Of a DNA stretch of 64,000 nt, positions 11,336-22,785 are shown in pieces. The translations under genes were made by a program, and so were the position numbers. The notes beneath the pieces are model-generated. The model was not told the origin of the DNA and did no database searches. It worked only from the letters and a program-made list of their open reading frames with translations. The stretch is from positions 2,418,001 to 2,482,000 of the forward strand of contig JAWMAR010000025.1 of the NCBI GenBank assembly GCA_036785375.1, read 5' to 3'. The DNA comes from Leucoraja ocellata. Its lineage: Eukaryota. How positions within the stretch are numbered: the stretch's first letter is position 1; each line of letters starts with the position of its first letter.

Positions 11336-13004
11336 CATAGAAACATAGAAATTAGGTGCAGGAGTAGGCCATTCGGCCCTTCGAGCCGAATGGCCTACTC
11401 CTGTGCCCTACATAATGTTTGGGACAAATGCCCATCATTTACTTGCCTGTGTACTCCACAATTTGAAATTTGTAATAGATAAAATCAAATGTGGTTAAAA
11501 TGCACTTTGTCAGATTTTAATAAAGGCATTTTAACATTTTGGTTTCACCATGTCGAAATTATAGCAGTGTTTATACATAGCCCCTCCCATTTCAGGGCAC
11601 CATAATGTTTGATACACATGGCTTCAAGGGTCTTTGCAATTGCTCAGATGTGTTTAATTGCCTCCTTAATGCAGAGCTCTCAGCACCTAGTCTTTCCTCC
11701 AGTCTTTCCATCACATTTGGAAACTTTTATTGCTGTTTATCAACATGAGGACCAATGTTGTGCCAATGAAAGTCAAAGAAGCCATTATCAGACTGAGAAA
11801 CAAGAATAAAACTGTTTGTGACATCAGCCCAACCTTAGGTTTACCAAAATCAACTGTTCGGAACATCCTTTAGAAGAAAGAGAGCACTGGTGAGCTTACT
11901 AATCGCAAAGGGACTGGCAGGCCAAGGAAGACCTCCACAGCTGATGACAGAATAATTCTCTCAATAGTAAAGGAAAATCCCCAAACACCGACAGATTAGA
12001 AACGCTCTTGAGGAGTTAGGTGTGGATTTGTCAATGACCACTGTCCGCAGAAGACTTCATGAACAAAAATACAGAGCCTACACTGCAAGATGCAAAATGC
12101 TAGTTAGCCACAAAAAGTTGAATGGCCAGGTTACAGTTTGCCAAGAATTACATCAATGAGCAACCACAGTTCTGGAAAAAGGTCTCGTGGACAGATGAGA
12201 CGAAGATTAACATATCAGGGTGATGGCAAGAGCAAAGTATGGAGGAGAGAAGAAACTGCCCAAGATCCAAAGCATACCACCTCATCTGTGAAACACAATG
12301 GTGGGGGTGTTATGGCGTGTGCATGTATGGCTGCTGAAGGTACTGGCTCACTTATCTTCATTGATGATACAACTGCTGATGACAGTAGCATAATGAATTC
12401 TGAAGTGTATAGCCACATCCTATCTGCTCAAGTACAAACAAATGCCTCAAAACTCATGGGCCGGTGGTTTAATTCTACAGCAAGACGATGATCCCAAACA
12501 TACTGCTAAAGCAACAAAGGAGTTTTTCAAAGCTAAAAGGTGGTCAATTCTTGAGTGGCCAAGTCAACCACCCAATCTGAACCCAATTGAACAAGCATTT
12601 TATATGCCGAAGAGAAAACTGAAGGGGACAAGCCCCCAAAACAAGCATAAGCCAAAGATGGCTGCAATACAGGCCTGGCAGAACATCACCAGAGAAGACA
12701 TCGAGCAACTGGTGATGTCCATGAATTGCAGACTTCAAGCAGTCATTGTATGCAAAGGATATGCAACAAAATACTAAGCATGACTACTTAGGGGGGGGGG
12801 GGGGGTTTGACAGTGAAGGTTGGTTGTAGCTGCTGTAATTTCTACATGATGGAACCAAAATGTATAAAGATGGACTTCATTAAAATCGGACAATGTGCAC
12901 TTTAACCACATGTGATTTTTTTTTTCTATTACAAATCTCAAATTGTGGAGTACAGAGGCAAATAAATAAATGATGGGTCTTTGTCCCAAACATGGAGAGC
13001 ACTG
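11336..13004 (+). mobile_element. Tc1/mariner (IR/DR type, DD34E) DNA transposon, decayed
   Basis: TA|CA..GTGCCC left end and GCACTG|TA right end; long imperfect TIRs; inner direct repeat CATAATGTTTG at 11411 and 11601. Confidence 0.92.
11745..12777 (+). pseudogene. Tc1 transposase pseudogene
   Basis: MRTNVVPMKVKEAII...GRPRKT, WTDETK, VKHNGGGVM, QQD-x34-E (PNLNPIE), ends GYATKY*; one in-frame TAG and frameshifts. Confidence 0.92.
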
Positions 13005-13096
13005 TAAAACTGGCATGTGCTCACGGAGCAGAATGGTCTCCTTTCATGCTGTAACCATTCTTTGTTTCTGCATTGAAGCCATTGAAAAATAAATAA

Positions 13097-13198
13097 AGCA
13101 TTATAAAGATGGTGTTAGATGAGGAAAGATTTAATAATGATAATGGAGCATTATAAAGATGGTGTTAGATGAGGAAAGATTTAATAATGATAATGGAG
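13097..13198. repeat. Perfect 50-bp tandem duplication
   Basis: AGCATTATAAAGATGGTGTTAGATGAGGAAAGATTTAATAATGATAATGG x2 + AG. Confidence 0.95.
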
Positions 13199-16100
13199 GT
13201 TGAGTACTAGGCTAATTGTCGTGTTTCTACTATATAAATGTTACGTTTTATGCAGCTATACAACGGCAGAGATTAGCACGGCGCAACAAAAAAAATTGGT
13301 GGGTATATTGCGCTTTCTTGCTAATGAATAAATGTCCCAACATTCCGTCCAGGTATGTAGTCAACTGGATCATGCTTGACCCAGCCTACCCTGTATTTGC
13401 TCCCAGAACTATTCCTGTAGCAGGACTAATGTTGTGCATTCACACATTTCAAAAGTATTTGTGGCTTTGTTGTTTTGTTCATCCGAGAAGCAGTGATTTG
13501 GGGTGCGACTAGTTCTCAAGTAATGGAATCCAAGACTGATCCACCTATGAAGTGCATGCTGCCAAAAGCCGCTTCTGATGTTTTGTAATGCCTGTTGTTA
13601 AAGACATCTAAATCAAATGAAATGGATATAAATAATTACTGATTTTTTTAATTACAAAAAAATCAATTTTTGTCAAAGCATGTATAAATAAAGGAGAGTT
13701 AAAAAAGAAAAAGACACTTCCTGGTGGTTAAATGCTGAGTGGGGCACTGCTCGGGCCAGATACGAAGTGTTACTTTCCCTTCAGGTTGGGTTAATCCAAA
13801 GGTGACTGACCTTTGATTCCAGGGATGGAGTGAGTGATTGTGCACTTCACTATTATTTTGATACCTTGAGTTAGAGCAGATTGCCAGATCCGTAATATCA
13901 TTTATAATTGCTCTGGGTTTTGTGGAAGATTAGCCAGTGATGAATGTAGAACTGCCATCAAGGTACAATGTATTCCTGATTTCCATGTCTGCCGCAGATG
14001 TGCAAATGTACAAAACAGGAAGTTCCTGACTCTTCCCTCTACAACTTGCTGAATTCTCCATGGATTTGATGGCTAATCATTAGCACAACCTGGCTTGATT
14101 AAAGATGAATCAGTAGATCTGGCTTCTGATACCTCTCCTGGTTTCAGATTGTAACAAGCAGAGGGCAAGGTTTTCTGGACATGTAATTTTATTTGTGATT
14201 CAAATTTAAAAACATGGATTGATTGTTTGTTGATCGAGGGTTAACTATCTTTGATAAGTGTCGCCAGTGGAGGGAGACAAATTCAGTTAATTTTCATTAT
14301 TTAAAACCTGTTTCAGTCAATAAGATTTGTCAGCTTTCAGTTTCTATAAGCACAGATAAATCAAAATAACAATGAGATAATGGGCTGTTGTGACTTGCTT
14401 GTAGAGATTATACAAGCTAGCCCATGAATTTGTTAGAAATCTATTTGTTCTGATCTCAGGGTACAATGCATTCGGAACTTCTGCCACTTTTGACAGTGAA
14501 GGTTGGTTGTAGCTTTGTATTGAAGCAAATAGTGCATTTCAGAATTCTTGCGCTTTTTTCAAGTCCTCACTGGGGTTGCAACAAGCTTTCTTTCTTTGAG
14601 GAAATGGGGTTTTAGCGCCTGTTTTTCATTCTCGAAGGCCTTTAGCTGCTGAATTTAATAGTAGAGAATGTTGTCAACATTTATACTTGGCAATACAGCC
14701 ACATGGGCCCAAATGTCATGGGTTGAACAACTTTGGCCAAATCTTTTCATTGTGTCCAATCTACACGTTTTTGCCCCGTGTTTGTCCTACTGCTGTCAGG
14801 TTGCTGACCAACAGACAGGTTGGATTGGTTACTTGACTTTGTGCATGTTTGGAAACCTTGAACAACATTCTGAAAGCGCTATATACATTTTGCATGGTTG
14901 CTGTATATTGTTGACACCAGCATTTTATCATGGAAATGCAACATTGGCTTGCATAAAATAGTGGGGCCTAATCTGACCTTGCGCACACAAACATTAAATA
15001 GGGTGAGTAGCCTGGTTTAAATGGGAGAATTGGAGTAAAAATAAATGGGGTGGTGAGGGATTATATGGTTTGTTTTAACCTGTTTCTGACTAGATATTGC
15101 TTTCATTTCCAATTTCAAAGTTTGTATCAATGTGTTTAGATGGAACAATGTTATGCTTGCTTTGTCTCTTATATGCTCCGATCATAAATTGTATATCTTT
15201 GACTTGTTTGACTTTGTTTTCATATTCTTACCTCTGTGGGCGAAGTATCACCCATTTGTGGTTTTTGCGACTTCTCGCTTTTTAACACTCCCCCTTTTCC
15301 CCCTTCAATGTTTCCTATCTAGGGGATCCCCATATTATGTAAATTCACAAATCACTACGCAAAATTTGCGATACTGAATAAATTTAGGTTAATGTGGGGA
15401 AAAAAACTTATTTCCTGAGACATGCAGAGATGCCGTGGCTTTGGATTATGGAAATTGTCATATGGACCAATTTCTAGGACTACAACTCCCTCCCCAGTAA
15501 TCCAGGAATTTCCTTGTGTTCTAAATGAAAATCTTTGTGAAAATATCTTTGTGGATTTTCTGATCAAACATTAGTTTTGATGATGTGAAATTGGGAAACT
15601 AAATAGTAGTACCATTTTCCCATGCACTTGACCTTAAAATCAGCACTGGTTCACTAACTCCGTGCAAATCTGTTGAATGCGTATACATTGGATTTAAATG
15701 TAGGTCTGTGAATGATTCATAAACAATGACCACAAGAAAACATAAACCTGTGGAACTTTAGTGTTTTGGGAATGTCGATAAGAAGGTGGGGTGGAATTTA
15801 GTTTGCTGTTCAAAGAAATTACAAGTGGTTCATTTCAAAACATGTGGTTTGATTTCCATGAGTGTAACTTGGAATAACCTACAAGAACAATACAATTGTG
15901 CATATTGCCGTCCTAAATAAGACCTGCTGATAAGACATGGGAGGAAAATATCTAATTTTTGAGTTCGATTTTCGAAACTTTTTTCAAGTTTAGGAGTATG
16001 CTTTAAGTCTTGTAATCACAGATCTAGATGTTTGCTAATTGCTTTGACTAAAGCTTTGAGATACTGTAATAAAATTATTTAGTTGTTGATGGATACTGTT

Positions 16101-16390
16101 TTTATAGTCCTTGTGCAATGTACCTATTGGTGGAAAATGACCCTTTGTCTTAGGAAGAATATGTTGCCCTTGTAAGGGTGATTGTTGGATCTAACCAGCA
16201 GACCATTGTCATTTTACAGGGTTAAATCAAAATATTATGTTGCATATGATTGGTGTTCAAAATGATTTGCCTTTAATTCTATCTTGGGTGGAGAAATAGA
16301 GTGCAAGAGGGCAAAACTTTTAATTTCAGATCTACATCATCTGTACTCTCTAGGCTCTAGTATTTCTGGAACCAATGTCTCTTACAGAAG

Positions 16391-16935
16391 CCATAGGATA
16401 ATTCATAGAACAGTACAGTGGAAGAATAGGCTCTTTGGTCCACAATGTCTGTGCAGAACATGATGTCAAGACCATCACATATCTGCGTGCACATAACCCA
16501 TATTCCTCCATCCCCTGCATATCCATATGCATATTCAAAAGTCTTTTAATTGCCACTAATATCTGCTTCAACCTCCACCCCGGGCAGTGTATTCCAGGCA
16601 CTCGCTACCCTCTGTGTAAAAATACTTGCCCCGCCCTTCTCCTTTAAGCTTTGTCCTTACCTTAAAGCTATGCCCTCTAGTATTTAATATTTCCATCCTG
16701 GTAAAAGATTCTGACTGTTTACACTATTTGTGCCTCTTATAAATTTATATACATCTCTCAGGTCCAAGCCTGTCCAATATTTATCTGGAGCTAATACCCC
16801 CTAATCCAGGTATTATTGTGGTAAACCTCCTCTGCACCCTTCCCAGACCCTCTACATTCTGTAATGGGGCGACCAGAACCGCACATAATACTCCAAATGT
16901 GGCCTAACTGAAGTCTTGTAAAGCTGCATCATGAT
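16391..16935 (-). mobile_element. CR1 LINE 3' fragment
   Basis: Reverse-strand RPHLEYYVRFWSP motif (GGCGACCAGAACCGCACATAATACTCCAAATGTGGCC) and CR1 tail. Confidence 0.8.
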
Positions 16936-19527
16936 TTCAATTTCATTGAGTGACCAAGGAATTGGAGACTCCTTGGATAAGGACTTTGGCAAAGCTGAAT
17001 ACTTAAGGTTAATTTAAGTTAATGAAAATATTGATGTGTCTGCTAGTTACTGTCAGGCAGGTCAAGGTGGTTGGGTAAATCTGTTTTTTTTTTAGGGCAT
17101 ATTTGCAAATGTACCATAAATGTGCTTTGTAAAGGTGAAAATATTGATGAAAAGAGCTAGGGGTGGATGCTTAGTTGCTAAAGTTTACTACGTAAAGACA
17201 AAGGAGTTGGAGGCTTATTCACTCCCATGAAGTCTGTTCCTCTGTTAAAGCATGGCTGATTTGTGCCCAATTCTTTGGTCTATCCATTAATTCCTTTAGG
17301 CAGCAGAAATATATCAATTTTTTAAACTTCCATTTGCACCAAACGTCCATAATCATTTTTCACATTTTAACCTTTGTGGGACATGAGCATTCTAGCAAAC
17401 TTATTTTGCATCCTTTCAAGACGGGTGAGAGGTGACTTAATTGAACTAATGAAGGTCTTGAGAATTCATGGCATGGTGGATGCTTCCTACAGGAATATCT
17501 AGATCTAGAGTCACTGTTTTAAAAATATATTGTCCTTTACTCATGAGGCAAAAATCCTTCTGGCTTCGAGTCTTTCAAGCATTCTTCAAACTGAGTTGAT
17601 AGTAGAGTCATTGAATAATTTCATGCTAGTGGTAGATGAAATTTAGAAAACCATGGGGAAAGTGTTTCTGTGGGAATGCAGAGTGTAGGTTCCAGTCATA
17701 TCAGCATGATCTTATTAAATGACAGAAGGCTTAATAGTGGAATAAAAGACGCAGCTGTTGTCGGGCTTAAAAGTAAGACCTAGACCCGAGGATGGGCCCG
17801 TTGTTCTCTTGTGGCCTGGTGGTTTCCAGTGTGGATTTGGCAGTTTGAACTTGAGGTCCAGCCAGCAGGAAAACTGAGCTGGTTTATGGTGGCTTTTGCT
17901 CTAGTGGTTAATGTCGGCTTTTTTTTTGTTCCATAACATTCCAAAAAATATACAGGAACTAAGATCAGCGTCTGTGCATCATAAAGTTGCCAGGAAAATT
18001 ATCTTTATATAAAGAAATATAAAAATACTTGCAGTAGTGGGATTTGATCATAACCTCTTTCCATAGCTTACTTTGCTTCCATAATTCTGAAGCATACACC
18101 TATTTCTAATTGTTTACATGCTTAATATTGAATGAAGTTGACTCGTAGTTTGAGGCCACTCAGTCTAATCGACAATAGTACTGTTGTGACGGCTCTTATA
18201 ATGGTTAAAGACAAATTCTGGTCTTTGGTAATTGAGTTACCTGTACTTGTGATGTTAGTAAATGGAAATGAAACTATGTATTTATAACAACTTGATTGAA
18301 TGTTGCATACAATTAGAAACCTCTTCATTATTAAATTGTGCTATATTTTGGTTAAAGTAAGCATTCATTGACTAAGAAACAACTCGTGGTCGTTAGGCTG
18401 TCTGCATGTATAATTCAATCTTACCCTTTGGTTTTTTTTATTGGATCTATAAAAAAAAGAGCAGATTGAACCTCATTTTAACATTTCATGTAGAAGGCAG
18501 AAGAGCACCCTCAGTACTGCACTGGACACAGCTTATTCACAAGTATATTATCAGTCAATTAGAACCTAATTTCTAGTAACAGTACCACAGATAACTGATT
18601 AAAATATAGCGGCAGTTGTATTTTGCAAATTTGAGTTTTGTTATTTTTCTCTAACTATTTTCTTATCTTGTTTCTGTTTTAAAAATAAAATTCTAAATAT
18701 TTTTTATCAACTTCAGCATGTTACAGAATGGAAAAGAATGCATGCACATTTTCACACATGGACATGAAACATCCTTGTTGGTCAATAAGATTCCTTCTTC
18801 GATTGAATCTGATAGTACATAGGTTCTCTGGAGGTCTGAAATAATAAGTTTATACACTTTTGTTTCTTTGCCAAGAATCCAGTAGAGGTATGATGCCTTT
18901 TATTTCCCAGAGTCTTTGGTCCAATTAGATTGTTTTCTCCAAAGTGCACATTGATTTCTTATTTAAATGTTCTGACCCATTTACAAGACATCAACTGCTG
19001 TGTAATTTGGTTACTGACTGTATTGTCGTGTAGATGATATTGTTATAATACCTAGCTCAGCAATTCATGTTGTTGCAACAAATGCATAAACCAGTGGAAC
19101 AGGAGTTAACTATTTAAGGGTTAAAATCATTCCAATGTAAACATCCTGCTTGACTGATACGGCCACGGTGGATGTATAATTTACAATTGAATAATCCCAT
19201 TACACAGTGTCTAACTACATTTTGCTCTATTCATGGATTGTTGATGGACAGAATCCTGAGGAGAGAGTCATTGTTTCTGTCAAAAATATTCCCATTGTTC
19301 TTATCGAGCAAGTGCTCTTTAAATAGCTATTCTTCTCCAGCCACTTGTGCTTTGGGGACAGAGCGAACAGTCATTGCTTTAATTGTGGTGGAGGCAGAAA
19401 CTCTTGTGTGTTGGTATTTTATGAGTTAAAGTAAATAATTAGCATAACAATCATAATCCTTTTAAATAGCCCCAAGTGCCGCAGAGGTTACCATTTCCCT
19501 GTCATCGGTTAGCTAATGCGTTAAAGC

Positions 19528-19652
19528 TGAATGGTCTCGACCCAAAACTTTGCCCATTCCTTCTCTCCAGAGATGCAGCCTCACCCACTGCGTTACTCCA
19601 GCATTTTGTGGCTACTTTCGATTTAAACAAGCATCTGCAGTTCTTTCTTACA
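19528..19652 (+). mobile_element. Solo Penelope-derived terminus, degenerate
   Basis: CTGAATGGTCTCGACCCAAAAC...CCAGAGATGC...TTACTCCAGCATTTTGTG...CATCTGCAGTTCTTTCTTACA. Confidence 0.8.
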
Positions 19653-20802
19653 ACTTTATTTTGTTTCCTCTAGCTCTGACCCCCCCACCCCCACCTGCCA
19701 CCGTAGTCATAAGCATTGTTCATTGATTTTTACCTGTCATAAGATTTCAGGTTGAATGGGAGACATTGGTTTGTTCTTTCTTTAGTTTGTTAGTGTTAGG
19801 TCTTGGGTAAGCAAGCGAGTCGATTTATATTGAAATAAATTAGTTGAAATGTTTTCAACTAAGTGTTGTTTTGCCTCCTTGCTTCTACTTTGCTTTGAAG
19901 AGAATAATCCTTCAAGACTTAGTTCCTTGAAGATCATTAAGGTAAGCCGGCATCACTGAGCTTCACAGATCGTGATTTCATTTCTGCACTTAATTACAAT
20001 GATCAGGAACTTTGTCAGTAACTAAATGGGTGTCAAGGATTCAACTTATGAATTGAATAAGGGCCTGGAGCCACCTGTGCCATTTAATAAGATTGTTCAG
20101 AGATGGTACCTTCAGAGTTTACACTTCCGTCTGCTTCCTCCTCAATAAGCCTTCATAATAGGCATGACATGAGAATTGTTGCTATTGAAACAGGCCATAA
20201 AGGCATGAGAGCTGTGAATTTAAATGTGAGCTTTGAATTTGAATGCACTGCGTCAGTCTGCACCTGCATTCAATGATTTGTCTTTTTCAGGAAGTGAGAT
20301 TTGGGAGATTGCAACTAGTTGGACTGAACTTCCGTCAGTGAAAAGTCAACGCTGGTGCCTCATGACCTTTAATGGGGTGGATGATGTTGTGGACATTGGG
20401 AGGAGTTTGAGATTGATCAGAAATAACTGAAGCTGCAACAAATTAAAGAAATAGAGGAAATAAGCAGCAATTAATGGGCTGACCCCAAAGCTTTCTTGTG
20501 TTACTTTTTTACCTTTAATTTACTTTTACCTCATTTGTAAGTTTTGGTGACCACCACTTTATGGAGTTTGGGATCATTTACAGTTTGTGACAAAAAATAT
20601 CTTCTATCTGGATTTTTGGTCATTGATCCAGTAGACAGCTTATGGCATCAACTTCCTTAATATTGTCTCAGTGTTAGGATGAATCACTACTCGCTCAAAG
20701 CAAAAACTGTAAATGTGGATCAGTGGAAACATTAGAAATATTCAGCAAGTCAAACAACACGTGTATGTGTGTGTGTGTGTGTATATATATGTAAGAACAA
20801 AG

Positions 20803-20999
20803 TAGAAACAAGGAACCGCAGATGCCGATTTAAAGACAAAGTGCTGAGGTAACTCGGCGGGTCAGGCAGCATTTCTGGAACATGTGGATTGGTGATGTTT
20901 TGGGTTGGGACTCTTCTTCAGGCTGATGAAGGGTCCAACTAAAAGCATCACCTATCCCTGTCCTCCAGAGATGCTGAGTTATTCCAGCACTTTGTCTTC
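20803..20999. mobile_element. Inverted pair of Penelope-derived termini
   Basis: Minus arm ends TCTTCTTCAG; plus arm starts CTGATGAAGGGT at 20923. Confidence 0.75.
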
Positions 21000-21104
21000 A
21001 TCAATTTAATTTAGTTGTCATAAATAAGGGCTATGATCTATAAACTATGTTGCGTATGGTTTTCAGTCTGACCATGTTCAATACGTAGTGCCCCTCATTA
21101 ACTC

Positions 21105-21402
21105 GGGGTGCCACAGTGGTACAGCAGTAGAGTTGCTGCCTTACAGCGCCAGAGAACCAGGTTCGATCCTGACAATGGGTGCTGTCTGTACGGAATTTGT
21201 ACATTCTCCCTGTGACCATGTGGGTTTTCTCCAGGTGCTCCAGTTTGCTCCCACACGCCAAAGATGTACAGGTTTGTAGGTTAATTGGTTTCGGTAACAT
21301 TGATCCGAGTGTGTAGGATAGTGTTAGTGTAGGGGGCGATTGCTGGTCAGTACAGACTAGGTGGGCCAAAGGGCCTGTTTATACCCTGTATCTCAAACTA
21401 AA
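21105..21402 (+). mobile_element. tRNA-derived SINE (HE1/V-SINE-like)
   Basis: A box-like GTGGTACAGCAGT, B box GGTTCGATCC, central V-like domain, CR1-type tail GGGCCAAAGGGCCTGTTT. Confidence 0.85.
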
Positions 21403-21619
21403 GACTAACTGATGTTTACAGAGATTACCTTCATTGGAATGACAATAGGTGCAGGACTAGGCCATTCGGCTCTTCGGGCCAGCACCGCCATTCAATGAGA
21501 ATGAACATTCTGTTACTCACAGTTTTGGTTACAGCTTCTCTAAACCTGGAAAAAATGCCCATCAGAAGGAAACTTTCCAATGTCTTTTGGAGAGAGAGAG
21601 AGAGTCAACATTTAAATTT

Positions 21620-22143
21620 AATGTGTAGGAAAGAACTGCAGATGCTGGTTTAAATCTAAGGTACAAAATGCTGGCGTAACTCAGTGGGATAGGCAGCATC
21701 TCTGGAGAGAAGGAATGGATGACGTTTCAGTTGAGACCCTTCTTCAGACTGCCAGGGGAGTGGGCGGGACAGATAGAATGTAGTCGGAGACAGTAAGACT
21801 GGTGGGAGAACTGGGCAGGGGGAAGGGATGGGGAGAGGGAAAGCAAGGGCTATTTGAAGTTAGAGAAGTCAATGTTCATACCGCTGGGGTGTAAGCTACC
21901 CAAGCAAAATATTAGGTGCTGTTCCTCTAATTTGTGCTGGGCCTCACTCTGACAATGGAGGAGGCCCAGGACCGAAAGGTCAGATTGGGAATGGGTGGGG
22001 GAGTTTAAGTGCTGAGCAACCGGAAGATCGGGAAGGTTAAGACAGATTGAGCGGAGGTGTTCAGTGAAACGATCGTCAAGCCTGCGCTTGGTCTCGCCGA
22101 TGTTCAGAAGAAACGATCGTCAGGCCCGCGCTTCCTACACATT
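21620..22143 (-). mobile_element. 5'-truncated Penelope-like retroelement: GIY-YIG endonuclease C-terminus plus 3' terminus with hammerhead-like motif
   Basis: Minus strand 22101..21850 reads open: IGETKRRLDDRFTEHLRS...PVAQHLN...HCQSEAQHKLEEQHLIFCLGSLHPSGMNIDFSNFK*, followed by pyrimidine-rich UTR and CTGAAGA...GAAACGTC terminus. Confidence 0.88.
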
Positions 22144-22399
22144 TACTCTTGGGGGTTGAGTGGTCTAAGACTTGAGTGTGTCGGGATGTTATTGCTTAAT
22201 TATTCCAGGTGAAGAGAATATTTTTATTTTGAGAGGAATTATTTTGAGGGATGGTGTAGAAAGTGTTCTGATTTGCGTGGCAACGTTGTTTGGGCAGAGG
22301 GGAGCATTGTCTAAAGAGGGACCGTGGCAAGAGTGGTTAAATGTATAGGAGGTGGCAGTGAGTGAGCACATTCACTGCATATGCAAAGCTAGGTATCCT

Positions 22400-22785
22400 G
22401 TGCTAAGTAACATGTCTCGCATTCCAAAGCCTTTCCACTATCTATAAGGCATACAATGGGAATTTAATGTTATATTCTATACTAGCCCAGATTAAATGCA
22501 GCTCTATCACCAGTTCTGAAACTTGAATCTGTGCAGGACAAATCGTCCTGTTTGATTGGCAATACATCCACTATCTTTGACATTCATTTCCCTCCATGAC
22601 TGTCATACTGTGGCTACAGTGTGCACTATCAACAACGTCTCTTGCGATTACTTGCCAAAGCTGCTCTGACAGCACTTTTGAAACCCACAATTTCTACTAC
22701 CACGAAGGGCCATCTGATGGGCAATAAATGCTGGCCTAGCCATCGGCAATAGCATCCTTAAAAAAAATGAATGAATAAATAAACT
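22400..22785 (+). mobile_element. Degenerate CR1-clade LINE 3' remnant
   Basis: Tail GGGCAATAAATGCTGGCC...ATGAATGAATAAATAAA; degenerate RT C-terminus; family assignment uncertain. Confidence 0.5.

Noticed and set aside
21105-21180. tRNA-like sequence with A and B boxes
   Set aside because: Head of a multi-copy SINE, not a foldable tRNA gene
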